The notes under the pieces: generated by a model
What the model saw: the letters and a program-made list of their open reading frames with translations, nothing else
Database searches by the model: none
What the model was told of the DNA's origin: nothing
Assembly: GCF_041956535.1 (NCBI RefSeq)
Contig: NW_027192203.1
Location: forward strand, 1-64,000
DNA length: 64,000 nucleotides
DNA from: Calcarisporiella thermophila CBS 279.70
Taxonomy: Eukaryota > Fungi > Calcarisporiellomycota
Direction of reading: 5' to 3'
Translations under genes and position numbers: made by a program
Part shown: piece after piece, positions 26,001 to 39,394 of the stretch
Layout: each line of letters opens with the position of its first letter
How positions within the stretch are numbered: position 1 is the first letter of the stretch

Positions 26001-27115
26001 AAAATATCACATATCAGTATTATACAAACCATGATCGTTTACTGCAATAAGCTGTACTTCTACGTCGTCAATTGCATCAAACAACACTTCGACATGCAGA
26101 ATGAACTTATCAGCCATTTGCACGCCCTCAACATAACCCCCATTGGAGACATGAAGCAACATATCAGAAATGCAAGCCGCCGACGACTCTTCAAAAGCGG
26201 ATAGCACGGTCCAAATCTGGTATACTTTATCCTCGACTGCACGCTGCCTCTTCTTCAACTCTTCTGGTGACAATTTCATCAACACTACATTAAAAAAGCG
26301 AGTTAGAGAATCTAGAAGTGTCGCGCGTTTTTGTATGAAGATAATTGGGATAAAAGGGAAAGCAAGAATGCAGGAGGTAAAATAAATGAGCGAAAGAATC
26401 ACCTTCTCTTGTATCCACAGGGGTTCCAGGCGGTGCAAGCTTAACATTCCAAAACTAAAGCCAAAATACAGTGAGCTCAACCCTATTTCGCCCAGCGAAA
26501 AGCACAAGTATACCTTATGAATCATATAGCACTCCGGATGCCAGTGCTCATCCACATTGTTACGATTGATTTCCACGAACTGCTTCAAAATGGCTGTTTG
26601 ACAGCCCGCACATCTCACTGCAAATTGAATCGAGTAGTGCAAGTGGCAATATACGCGGCCATCATGCTCATAATACGAGTCTTCGGGGCCGAACACCGTT
26701 GAGCACATTGAACAAGTGAAATGCTCTATGTGGTATTTTTTATCAAGTGCAGTGATATATGAGCCACGTAGTGCTCCACCGCATGCCTCGCAAACAAGGT
26801 TGAGCCGGCGGAAATAATCGCGCTCACAAAGTGGTTGTGGGCGGCCATCACTTCCCTCGAAAGGAAAGAATTTCTGGGCAACAATCTCATCACAGTCCTA
26901 AAATTATCCCAAAACAAAAGACTGGGTGAATAAAGAGGAAGACTGGTTAACCTAAATTCCAAGCCCCCACTTACAGCACAGCGGAAGCAGCTCAGATGGT
27001 ATGACGCCCCAATCGCCCGCACATACTGCCCGGACAAAGGGTTGTTGCATTTAGCACAGAACTGTGTTGACTTTTTTGATGACGGCTCATGGCTCTTCTC
27101 TTCGGGTGTTTGCAT
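23055..27115 (-). CDS. LRG1: LIM-domain Rho GTPase-activating protein (Lrg1/Rga1 family), multi-exon
   Basis: N-terminal LIM domains (CAKC..YH..C..C; CAGCQTAILKQFVE..WHPEC) and a RhoGAP domain (EGVFRKNG, LLKKFLRDLPEPLL, KMDLQNLATVITPNIL). Confidence 0.92.
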
Positions 27116-27797
27116 TGTTGTCAATTAGATATAATGAGGGGGAGACGGATGCAATTGGGAGGGGGCACTGGTAGATAATGGAAACCAAAAATAGATCCAA
27201 TTAGATGAGCTGGAAATAGACATAAGCAGGGATGATGTTAAGATGAAAATATTTTTGGGAGATCAGAGAGGAATGCAGAAGGGTCCATCTCTCATCCACA
27301 GTTAAGCATGCAAAATAGATCATCAATAAGAATAAACAAAGAAACAAGGGAGATGTACATACGCTAATTGCCCATGAACAAGACAGGTTGATTAAGAGGG
27401 GAAAAATGATACGCCAATGGTGATGATGAGGTTACGATCCCCGATGTGAGGGCTATGTGATTTAATTAAATTCGATAATGCGAGAAGTATAAAAGATGAT
27501 GTAAGCGTAAAAGAAGGGAGTGAAGAGGAGGACAAGAAGTCGAATTAACGAGTTGTGATAAGATGTAGAACAATCCGATCAAATTAATGGCCGATGATTG
27601 AGCATCTCATCCGTCTCTACTTGCTCTTCGGTCTCTAGTCTTTGCAGAATCGAACAGAAAATAAAAAGTTGTGTTCTTTTGACGTCAACAGTTTGATTAG
27701 GATTAGGCATTTTTGGAATGATTCGAATCCAACCTTTCTGTAGATAACACGCGAATAGTGAATAAACTTATTTCAATCTGGTTACGAAGCTAGAATC

Positions 27798-30700
27798 ATG
27801 TCATTGCTCGATGACTTCATCGAACAGTCGCAAGCCCAATCAACACAGTATAGATCCACTATTGAAGAGGACAACTATCTCGAAAATGGAGGATTCGCCT
27901 CATCTGATCCTATAATGGTGATTTTCCTTGATGCCTAGCTTTTCCTTTTGCGCGTGTTCGTCCCGCTCTTGCTAACCATTCTCTCCCAAAAAATATATGC
28001 GATAGCTTGAGACTGGATATGTGAGCACCGGATTTACAGTAGATGAAGACAGAGTGTTTGCGCTCGATCGCGTGCAGTTTCAGTTCCCCTCTCCTCTTGC
28101 CACCATGGCCGTTTCGAACAATAAGATGATAATGGCACTCGAGTCATTTCATATACTGCGCATAGATCTGAATCAAGCTCATGAGGTTGAAGGTACACGC
28201 ATGACCTTTTCCCACATTTAGAGAGTATTCTATTGAACTTTTGATTACTGCGCATGAAGACATTGAGCTGCCCAGAAAGCCATCGGACGGGAAAATACGC
28301 AGGATATTCTTTGATCCAACTGGACGACACCTCATCATCTCAACCGACACCGGAGAAAATTTTTACTTGTATGAAAAGTGGAAAAAGGCAAAACCTCTCG
28401 CGCGGTTAAAAGTAGCTATTATTCTATTTTCCTCATGAGCCACGGCACTTATCCACGTCCATTTTACGTCCATCTAGGGGATTGTGATCAACTGCGTTGC
28501 CTGGAACAAGGCACGGGGCCGAGGCACTGAAGCTTCGACTCATGAAATCCTCATTGGATCAACTCAGGGTCATATATATGAGACAGAGATCGAGCCAACG
28601 GACGAATTTTTCAAACGTGAGGATAAGTATGTAAAGCAGGTGTATGTCATGCCAGAAAGTGATCCGATTACTGGGCTCCATTTTGAGCAATTTCCGGTTG
28701 AATCGCGGAAGTACCTGGTGATTGCCACCACAGCAACACGTATATACCAGTTTATAGGAATAGTAGGCTCCTCAACAGAGGGGGGAGCCATTTTTGAGAA
28801 TTTATTTGCTCAGCACGACATTAATCCTGGTATTGGATACTATTGAAATTTTCATATGATACCTCTGCTCACCCTGATTACTTTCGCGAACAAAACACAG
28901 GGTTCCAAGAGCTGCCGGGAGATTTATCGCATAGTGAATTGCACTTCTTCAATGAATATCAGGATATCCAATATCAGGGAGTAGCCAAAAATTTCGCTTG
29001 GTTAACTGGTATTTGATATGCTAAGTTAAGTGGTTGAAATGATGCATGTGATTGATCCCTGAAACTATAGGTCCCGGGATTTACCATGGTGATTTAGTGT
29101 TTGGCTCCCAGAGTGCCGGGGATAGTGTCATCGACAATGCACAGCTATTGCCGTAAGTCGAATCGTTGTCTGCATTCAGGTATGTCTATGGACGGCTTCA
29201 TTGATGATAATATTAGGTATCCCGGAACGAGCCAAGACGAATTTTCCACCGACCCATCGTATGCGGCCGATGGACCCCTCTCTCTCGCGCTGACCAAATT
29301 CCATTTCATCCTCCTCTACAAAGATCGGGTGCGGGCCATATGTCGATTGAATGATCAGCTTACCTACGAAGAACTCATTCCCCTGGTAGTATAGAAATGG
29401 GTACGGATGGAGATGGCGGAGTATAATTGTATTGATGACGGTGTTTGTTTTAGGACCCCGGGCACCATGTAAAGCATATGACGGTGGATACTGCCAAAAA
29501 TACATTCTGGATATACACCAACGCTTCCATCTATGAGCTGATCGTGTCCAAAGAGGACCGAGATGTTTGGAAGATATATCTGCAAATGAAGCAATATGAT
29601 ATGGCGCGAGAATACTGCAAAGTAGGCCCTTCCGTTTCACTCTCATTGCTTGATGCTTTACGTTGATATGTGTCTCTCCACTAGAATGCGGCACAGATGG
29701 ATATCGTCGTCACCACAAGAGCAAATGATTATTTCTCCCAAGGGCGCTATCTTCTCTCTGCCGACTACTATGCTCAATCCACCGTTGCGTTTGAGGAGGT
29801 CGCACTCAAGTTCGTCGAACGTCATGAGATGGACCCCCTCCGAATGTTCCTACTTAAGAAGCTCGAGAGGTTAAAGAAGGAAGATCGCCTTCAGAAGACT
29901 CTCCTTGCGACTTGGCTTGTCGAGATCTACATGAACAAGATGAATCTACTTGAAGACTTGGTCAATGTCGGAGACGGCGTGGTTGAAAATTTCAAAGCTG
30001 AACAGGAGGTACTCGAAGATGAATTCAAAAGCTTTTTGCAAACTTACAAGGTAAGTCCCCACTCAAATTCTCTACTCTCCGTGCCATTTTGCAACCGAAG
30101 CCTCATTACCTCTTGTGGGGTGTATAAAAGTCGAATCTGGATCGGAAAACCACTTACAAGCTGATCGGGGGTCACGGACGAACTGCACAATTGCTGTTTT
30201 ACGCCTCCCTGATCGGGGACTATGACAAAGTCATCTCCCATTACGTCCAAGTGAGCGACTATGAGAAAGCATTAGAGATCCTGAGTAAACATGTGAGTAT
30301 TCGATCCGATATCGGGTAGCCTTGCTGTTTCCATCCTGAATCTAATGGGTGTCTTTACACTGCCGCAGGGGACCACCGATTTGCACTATAAATTCGCGCC
30401 CGTTCTTATGGAAAAGGTGCCCTATGACACAGTGAGCGTCTGGATGCGTACCCCGAATCTCAATCCCCGCCATTTGATCCCCGCCCTCCTCAAGTACGAT
30501 CACTCGCAGCACCCAGACCTCGATGCCAACCAAGCCATCCGATACCTTTCCTACGTCGTCACCCACCAAAACAACACCGACCCCGTGGTGCACAACTTTT
30601 TGGTCACACTGTATGCAACGCAGCCGTCAAGCGACGAGAGCGGTCTGCTGCAGTATCTTGCGCAGGAAGGACGCGAGGGGAAGTACGAGCTCGACTATGC

Positions 30701-31721
30701 GCTTCGCGTGTGCAGCCAGCACGGGAGAATCCAAAGCTGCATCCGGATCTATGGCCAGATGGGGCTCTACGAAGAGGCTGTGGAGCTTGCGCTTAAATGC
30801 CATGACCTGGAGCTGGCGAGAATCAACGCGGATAAGCCCGAAGACGACCCGTCCCTTCGAAAGAAGCTGTGGCTGCAAATCGCAAGACATGTGATTGAGG
30901 AGAAGAAGAACGTGAAGGAGTAAGTAGTTGAGCTGGGGTGGAAGGAGCTGTATCCAAGGGTGTCTCAGCGTCTTGGCATGGCCTTTTTTTAACCCCCTCC
31001 CCCTCTTTTCTGTCCATGTAGGGCCATGTCCGTGCTTAAACAGTGTGACCTTTTGACCATCGACGACATCCTCCCATTCTTCCCGGACTTTGTGGTCATC
31101 GATGATCTCAAAGGCGAGATCTGTGCCGCCCTCGAGGAGTACAACCAGCGCATCGAGGACCTCAAGGCCGAGATGGACGAGGCAACCAAGAGCGCGGAAA
31201 ACATCCGCGTGGACATCCGCGAGCTACGCTCCCGGTTTGCCATCATTCACCCGGCGGAGAACTGCGTGATATGCTCGCTGCCCCTGCTAAGCCGCCAGTT
31301 CTACATCTTCCCGTGCCAGCACGCTTTCCACGCGGACTGCCTGGTCGGGCAGGTGAAGCGGCACCTGACGAGCCGGCAGGTGCGGAGGCTAGTGGAGTTG
31401 CAAGAGCAACTGGCTCGAGAGCTGCTGCCCAACCACAAGTCGTCCGCGTCCGGCGCCGAATCCCACTACCGCCGGCTTGCCTCGGTGACGACGGGTGCGG
31501 TTGGGGGGCTCAAGAACATGATATTCCCGGAGCAGTCGGCGGGGGGCGGGGAGGACGATGCCGGGGTGGCCGTGGTGTCTCGAATGGATCAGCTCAAGGA
31601 GGAGATCGACGATGTGGTCGCGGGGGAATGCCTTCTGTGCGGGGAGGTGATGATTCGGAGTATCGATCAGCCATTCATCGCGGAGGAGGAACGCGAGCTG
31701 GTTGCCTCCTGGGTCATCTAG
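27798..31721 (+). CDS. VPS18: HOPS/CORVET subunit Vps18/Pep3, multi-exon
   Basis: FFDPTGRHL beta-propeller, Pep3 region LTKFHFILL, clathrin-like repeat (DYALRVC, LRKKLWLQIA, DILPFFPDF), and RING-H2 CVIC..FPCQHAFHADC..ECLLCG. Confidence 0.95.
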
Positions 31722-31926
31722 CCGGAGTCCTCCTTTTCCTTGGATTGGTTTCAAGTGAAATCGTTTTATCCTGAATGGCTTGGCCTCTCATCCATTTCGC
31801 CTATTGTAGAATCTGGTCGTTTCTGTTTTGTTTTTCGCAGTCTTGGTGCCTTTAATTTCTCTACCACCTGCTCGCCTGTTTCTCCACTTCACCCTTCCCC
31901 TTCCTCCCTCTCCTCCCTCACCTTCT

Positions 31927-31964
31927 CCTCCTCCTCCTCCTCCTCCTCCTCCTCCTCCTCCTCC
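31927..31964. repeat. (TCC)n microsatellite
   Basis: About 12 tandem CCT/TCC units downstream of VPS18. Confidence 0.85.
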
Positions 31965-32612
31965 TCTCCCCTTGACTCTTCAATACACTTTTGAAAAGCC
32001 CATACTCCGTGCCCTAACCCGTCCTCTATCACCGATGAAGACATGGCGAATGGCCGGTGGGCGCATTTTCCCCCGTTGGCCAGCGCTGCAGCCCTGGAAT
32101 GCTCACCCACGGGCTCTTGGCCCTGGGGGAGGGCGAGAGAGCAAGGGAAATCGAATCCCCGAGGGGAACAGGCCGGGAAAGGCAACCATCATGCCCCCAA
32201 ACAGCGCTTCCGGGCGTGTAACCCGAAAGTGATAAATGCATTTGCCCTGTAGGAGATGGTCTGAGAGCATCAGAGCAATAGAGACTAAACAAATATTTGT
32301 CTGAAACCCTCGCTTTCCCATCCCAAAGCCCTTCGCATGTTGGCTCTCTCTTCGGAGCTTGGTTGCCTCCCAAACCTCCACGAATACCAGGCCTCGCGCC
32401 CAGCTTATTGGATCAAAACATAAAACTCAAAAAATTAAACTTGCTCTGCCACTCTGTGTCCCCGACCGCCTCTCCTCTCGCGCCTTCCGCTAATGAAATA
32501 AATAAAACCGGTATTTTTGCTCTCCCCGCCTTTCTCCCTGTTGTGTGTCTACTATTCCCGTTCTCATCCCGGTTCCCAGCATTCCCCCCCCCCCCCTCGC
32601 CACTTACCCCTA

Positions 32613-33712
32613 ATGCTCCTCTCTAGAAAGACTGCAGGCCAGTACTCCACTCCTCCACAAGGATCCTCCGAGGCCTTGGATCGATTCGTTGATGAGCTGT
32701 GCGCTTGCTACGACTTCCCCCAGGAGCCGTCCTCCCCGCCACTGTCGGAGCATCTCCCCACAAGCAAGCCGCGGGATGGCCGACGATTGACCAAAGGCAA
32801 GCTTGGCACCCTCCTCAGGAGGAGACAGCGCAGCTCCCCGCCGCCGCCCGAGCCTTCATTACACTCGGCCCCCGCATCGCCACAAAGGCCATTGTTCGGC
32901 AGGCGACCGACTTCCCTAGAGGTAAGCCTCATCTCCATCCCCCCTCCCCCCTATCCCGTACATCGGCATGCTAACTTCTCCCCTGCCGCTAGCCGTCCAG
33001 CTCATCCCATCCGAGCAAAGTCTCCTCGCTCATACGGGCACGCTCCACGTCCACCTCCGTCTCCACGTCCCCCTCGCCGTCGGCCCCGCTGAAGCTTTTC
33101 AACCAGCAGGGCTTCAAGCCGATGGACATCTTCCGAGAATGCCCGTATGAGGAGCTACCGCCCACAGTGCGCAGAAAGTGCTTTTCGGATTTGGAGCGGA
33201 TCCACATCGAGCGGCGCAATAGCGCCCCCAGCGTGGAGACGAAAGGGCAGCCGGAAAGAATGCAGCGGCGAGGCAGCGAGGGGAAGGGGAGCGAAAACGA
33301 GGACAACGGTGGGCTGCAGGCGGTCTACTACACGAGCCCCGGGATTCGGAAACAGCTGCGGCTCTACTTCTCCAAGTCCAAGTTTGACGAGGTGCTTGAG
33401 GTGGGCTTCCCCTCCTCGCACGGGCCGGGCGGCCGGGTGGAAACCCTGCGCCTGACCCTGACTCCCTCGCATGCCCGCGCCAGCGACTCGGAAATCTATG
33501 GGGCCGAGCCTAGCATCTCTGCCGCCTCGGTCATGGTGGGGCAGGATGCCTTTTTCAGCGAGGAGGAAGAGGTGGTGGAGAAGGAGGAGGAGGAGGAGGG
33601 AGAGGAGGAGGTGTTGGGCGAGCTGCAGGCCGCGGAGAGCGATGAATTCTTGTGGGACAAGCTGCTCGATGAGATGTGGAGCGAGAAGAAAGGCGGAGGG
33701 GTGGGCTGTTAA
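32613..33712 (+). CDS. Conserved fungal hypothetical protein, 2 exons
   Basis: Intron 32922-32992 (GTAAGC..CTAAC..TAG) joins the ORFs in frame; LRLYFSKSKFDEVLEVGFPS and TLRLTLTP resemble motifs I recall from uncharacterised fungal Ser/Pro-rich proteins. Confidence 0.7.
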
Positions 33713-35611
33713 TCCGACCCCTCTCGGGCCATTTCTCCACCCCTATACCTCGGGCCGCCGCCTTACCTTCCTCCCCTAACCCTCTCTCTCCACCCCTCCA
33801 TTCCGCTGCCAAGTGTTCTTGATGTGTTTTTATTGCATTTTTATTGTATTGTCGCTATATATATTTGTGATTATGTATTAATATCTCTTTTAATATACAC
33901 TCAGCCTATTCGTGTTTTCCCCCCCCTTCCCTACCCTCTGAGGATGCTTTTTGTTATGTTGACCCTATCCTCATTTTCATCCCCATCCATCCTCATTCCC
34001 TATTCTTGGAATTCAATAAACAGAGTCTACCCATAGTTCCATACGCGACTTCCGCTCATTGCTGAGCCTCTTTGACTCTTGCCCGGGCCTCCGAGTTTGC
34101 GGGGTTGGTCCGGATGCACTCGCCAACGGTTCTTTTTTTCTTTTCTTGTTTTCAGCCACGAAAGGCTCCCTCGACCGCGCACCGACAACGCTAAAACAAA
34201 GGAGGACTTGTGCCTCCAGCCAGCCACGAGCACAACGAGTCTTTGTCATCCCTGGCTCAGTCTATCCATCTTCTGCTCCATTCCCCCTTGGAACCCCAAG
34301 CCTTTTGTGCACAAGAGAGAGAGGGGGGCCGCAAAGGCACAAACCCTCACTCTTTCTCCATTCCCAGGCTTTATGCGAGGGCCAATGACGGCCAAAGGCA
34401 TTCTATAGCCTTGAGACCAAATCTGACTCGGAGAGGGAAAGAATGAGAAACAGTGCCGAGGAAACGGCTGATCGCGGAGCACGAAGCATATTTAATGAGT
34501 ATCAACGGTCCCCCCTTAATCGGGCAAATGAATTTCATTAAAGGGGAGGGCCTCCCCCTTTCTCCTGCTTTCCCATGCACACATCAATTTCTTGTGCAGC
34601 ATTCCCATGTCTATTTTAGGGGCAGCCACAAGATAACGCAATTCCTCGACCAGCTTTCTCGAAGATTCCGAGTCCTCTCTTCAGGCAAGAGAGCAGCGAC
34701 GAACGTCGCTGAAGAGGGCCAGCAGCCTAGTCAAGGAGGACGTGGCGAAATGCAGCCCTGCATCGTTCCCATCCTGACTTGATCAAAACCCCCGCGGCTA
34801 TCTCCATTTCAAATAGGGAGAGGAGCAAGCGCAATCGCAGTCCTATTCTATTAAGGCTGAATTAATTTGAAACCATCGGCATGCTTATCTATGATAGTGG
34901 AGCCCCCTAACTTATCAGGCGTTGTCTTAACCTTTTGTCTTGATATGTCGAATATGGACAGATGGGGGGAGGAAGAGCAAGGGAAAACAGCATGCATCCA
35001 CTCAGGCTGCGTCCGCCATGGACAACGCAACTCAGTGATCAGAAACGGAGGCGCACTTGATCAAGTGGGCGAGGCCGGATGAGGAGATGGGCTTCATCAA
35101 GGTGCATAGGAGGTGCATGTGGGTTTGGCGGCGGATGGGGACAAGGGATGCCTTCATCGCTCTGAAAGGCAATCAAGGAATGGGAATCCGCATCGAGAAC
35201 CTAATGCAGCCAAATTGCGAGTCATGCGCTGCCTGCCAATTCCGGCCCAGCCCGCCTTAGAGTTCAAGTATGCTCCAGACACAAATATTGCCCCAAGCCT
35301 CCCGTACGAGGGCTCATAACCTATTTTTAAATTTTGTTTCCAATTTCTACGGCCTGTTTTTTCTGTCCTTCTTTTCTACACCGTTTCTTTGCAACTGAGC
35401 TGGCTTCAGTTATAGCTTTGACAAGAGAGGTCTGGCACTTTTCTTTCTACTCTACACTCCCCCTTATCCAGCATTCATACCATTCGATCCCGCTATCGTC
35501 TCTTTTTTTACTTGATTTGCTGAATTTTTCACCTATCTACCCTTTACTTTCCTTACAAGATTGATTGTATTGTGTGTGTGTCCTCCCCTCCCCTCTTCTT
35601 TCTTCTACCTA

Positions 35612-36335
35612 ATGGAACACGAAGACCATCGCACTGTGATCGTACTTAGTGGGCTAGGTATGTGGAATGGCCAGATAGAATAGGGGGTGGCCAGGCTTGT
35701 TTTTTGTTTTACTCATCGATCCATCCGTTTATTTAGAAAACAATCCGATGTTAGATCCATTATTCTCCTTTGATGCGGTCAAAGCCCGACCGCACCTTTC
35801 CGCGCACTGTGAAGAGGACGGTAGCGACTCCCAAATGGAGAGTCTCTTCTCTTCGCCCTCTGTCTCGACCCTCCCCTCTGCCGACGAGCATGAGGACGAG
35901 GAGGAGGATCGCGAAGAGGTCAACGAGGTCTCCGCTACTAAGCAAGCAGAAAGCAAGGAGGAAAAGGAAGAGGAGACTATGCACGAGGACGTGGGGGTCA
36001 AGGTGCGTGATTTTGCCTTTCCCACCTGGGATCCCAGGCACTGGGGGGCCACCTGGAGTAAAGCCGATGACAAGCTGAATACAGGCTATGATGCCGAAGT
36101 CGACGCAGATGAAGAGGAAGAGGATGAGGATGAGGAATACTGTGGAAAATACGCCCGCGCGCTCTACGATTTCACTGCCGAGGATCCACGCGAGCAGCTC
36201 TCCTTCCGTCAGGGAGACCGGCTGTGGCTCCAGTATCGCGAGCGGGCGGGCTGGTTCGTCGCGGACCTAGAGCTGGAAAATGGCGGGCTGGAGACAGGAC
36301 TGGCTCCCGAAGCCTACCTGGAGATAGAAGACTGA
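35612..36335 (+). CDS. NBP2: Acidic SH3 adaptor protein, Nbp2/Skb5-like, 2 exons
   Basis: Intron 35658-35736; VRDFAFPTWDPRHWG motif, acidic linker, C-terminal SH3 (ARALYDF..LSF..GWF..GLAPEAYL). Confidence 0.75.
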
Positions 36336-36841
36336 GAGACCTATAGACTCTAGATTGCTTCTCAAGGGGTTTTTTCTTATGGGGCGAAGGCGTAGATGTA
36401 TTTTTTTTTTTCCTGTGCATGCGTGTTGTTGTGTTGAAGCTGTATTTTATAATATTCTAGCTTCCTTCTCGCTAGGGCTAGGAAATAATTGTTCTTTTTT
36501 ATAATAGTGATATTAGTACCCCTCCACCACTTGCTAATAGGGATGGTGGAGGATGAATGGCTCTTTTTTTTTTCATCTATAGTCCTTTAATCTCTTTTCT
36601 GTCTTCTAGTCCTCTCTCAGTTCTACATTTTTCACTTCTATATCTTCCATTGAACCTGGCTATTACCCGCTTTCTCTTTTAATTCCCTAATGATCTCACC
36701 CCCCAGATAATGATCGTATTAAATAAAGATATATTGGTCAGATTAAACAAATAGGAGGGAAGTAGACATCAACGAAATGGCTAGTCACAAATAAACTCGA
36801 TTCTAAGGAGAGAGGATTCTCGAGCTGAAATAAGTAATGCC

Positions 36842-38434
36842 ATGGCGGTGGAAGAGGGCAGATCCAAGAAAAGACAAAAACAGGCCCATGTCGACCCTGA
36901 TGCTTCCACTTGCAACCCTGAGGCTCTTGCTGTGGACGAAGGCGATTCTGGAGTGGTGAACAATGCAAGTCCCACTCAAGAATATGATAGAGATCCATCG
37001 GGATCGGAAGCGGTAGAAATGGCCATTAATGGAGGAGAAAAAATGAAAGGAAATTGGTATGATGTGGGTGAAAAAGCGGGAGCAGAAGGAGTAATGGAGG
37101 TGCATATAGAAGGAGAGTTGCAACAACAGCCCCAACTAACGGAGGACGGAGACGAGGACGAGGAGGACAGCGCAACCGTGGAAGAAGATAGTGACGAAGT
37201 AGAAGAAGAAATGGAAGACGAGAATCCGGTGTATGAAGGAGAATGCCATAGCTCTACTCATTTGCCCCATGGCCATGGTAAATTAATCTATAGAAGCGCG
37301 GTTTTTGAAGGCGAATTCCAAAATGGAGAAAAGTAATTTTAATCTTGGCCGTTTCCTTCTATTTCCTTCTAATCCACGGTTTCTGGGTAGGGAGGGAAAA
37401 GGAATATACAAATTCAAGGATGGTAGTACGCTCTCCGGCATATTCACTCGGGACTCACTTTCTGGGTTTGGCGTGTATACCTTCCCGGATGGACGTCGCC
37501 TCGAGGCCCACTATGTAAAGGGAGACCTCACGGGCCCCTGTAAAGAGTTTGATGCGAAGGGCCAGCTTCTCTCGGAGGGAGAATATGCTGACGGACGACG
37601 CGTGGGCACTTGGCTACTGTGCTTTGAAGACGGCGGAACACTGCGAGGCGAGATGGGGGATGAAGGAATAAGTGGCTCGGCTGTGTATACGTATCCCGAC
37701 GGCAGCGAGCTAAGAGGAGAGTGGAGAAACGGGGAGATGATGGAGGCAAACTATTACGTAGACGATGCGCTTTTTACAGGTAAGACCGAATCCCCATCGT
37801 TGACTAGCCATCTCGCAGCCAACTTTCCCCCATATCTAGACGCGAAATACTCCTTCGATCCCTCCACCTCGGCCTCCATCTCCTCGTCCCCCTTGCTCCC
37901 GGACCCCTATGAGCAGCGATGCGTCTACGTGGCGCCGGCGACGGAGCCTTCTGCTGGCGAAGGCTTGTTCGCGCGCAAGGCGCTCCGCGCCAACGTAAGT
38001 AGGATCCGTCGAAAGTGCAAAGTGTTTCCCATCTCACCCTGCCGTGGATACGACAGACCGTGGTCGCCTTCTACAACGGCATTCGGCTGACACACAAGGA
38101 GGTGGACGCCAGGGACTGGTCGCTCAACAGCAACACCATTTCGCTCGACGACAGCGTGGTGCTGGATGTTCCGGCGGAATACACCAGCACCAGGCGCTAT
38201 GCGGCGTCGCTAGGGCACAAGGCAAACCACACGTTTGAGGCCCCCAACGCGCGGTACGACGTGTGCGACCACCCGCGGTTTGGAAGCATCAAGTGCATCC
38301 GAACCACGCGCGAGGTGCAGGCGCATGAGGAGATCGTGGTGGACTACGACTACAACGAGAGGGACGCGGAGGGCGAGCTGATTGCGCCGGGCTGGTTCTT
38401 GGCCGAGCAGAGGCGGCGAGAGGGCAGGGCGTGA
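36842..38434 (+). CDS. SETD7: SETD7 (SET7/9)-type lysine methyltransferase, MORN repeats plus SET domain, 4 exons
   Basis: Introns 37333-37390, 37780-37839 and 37995-38056; MORN-like G-x-G-x-Y repeats; LLPDPYE..AGEGLF..FYNG..LGHKANH..HPRFG.IKCIRT..EEIVVDYDY. Confidence 0.9.
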
Positions 38435-39242
38435 GATAGCGATCCCTTATCGGCCTCACACCATGCCAGGCTTGTATTGCGGGAGGCTGGCTTTTAATTT
38501 CGCGAAGAGCTATCTAGCTTTCCTGAGCTTATCAATAACGTTAATGAGCTGAATAAGCTCGAAGTTGGGACTGCTGTTCCCCCCCTTGTTTCGATTAATA
38601 ATGCAGTTTCCTCACCATTGTTATCGAGCTCGATGCACGCCTGGGCTCATCTGGCCTTTGCCGCACGTCACTTAAATGCGGCTTTATTTGGGGTTGGCAA
38701 GGGACGCTGGCGGTTGCAAAGTGGCCCTTGCTCGTGAGTAAGAGTGTGCAAGGATGAAGAGGGGACTATAAATAAACGGACTGGCCAATGGCGGCCGCCG
38801 CTTCGGGCCCGTTTTTCCCGTTAAGTCAATCGAGAACAAATCGAAGCAAATCTTCCAATTGCTTGCAAACCGAGTGATAAGCAATGGAAATCGGCGGCAC
38901 AAACGTCAAAATGATGCGATATTCCGAACTCCGGCTGGCCTTCGAGCCAAGATGGCCGGCCGATAACCGTGCTTTTGCAGCGGGCCTTGCCAGGTTTCAC
39001 CTGCCGTGCTGATAACCGCGGCTGAGTGATAGTCCCTGGCGATAAGAGTTTTGTGGGGAAATGCTATTTCGTTTCCCCTCTATCGATGGCGCTCTGATTG
39101 GTGAAACTCTGAATCGCTTGATTATCGTCGGAATATTTTTTGGGCTGCCCAAGTATAAATACATGGCCGCTTTCCCGCCCCCCGATCATGCTGCTGATGA
39201 ATCACTGAATTAATTCCTGTCATCCCCATCCCTTAATTATCC
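38434..39242. promoter_or_regulatory. Cluster of 13 GATAR motifs and a TATA box upstream of the CBM21 gene
   Basis: GATAA/GATAG on either strand near 38434, 38446, 38510, 38528, 38620, 38875, 38961, 39010, 39027, 39040, 39080, 39122 and 39237; TATAAATA near 39154. Confidence 0.5.
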
Positions 39243-39394
39243 CGATCTGCCCAAGCAGCGTGTGGGGGAGTCTTTCCTTAATTCCTTTAGTTGCTCGATC
39301 TTCTCCCAGCTCCCCCCCTCTCCCCCATTAGCGGTGATTCCTAAACAGCGGGAGCTTCTCTCTGCCTCATTAACCTTAGCCTGTCATCCCCATC

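Noticed and set aside
27690-27740. tRNA T-loop-like ATTCGAATCC and GATTAGGATTAGG
   Set aside because: No cloverleaf or A box, and too short to call an interstitial telomere
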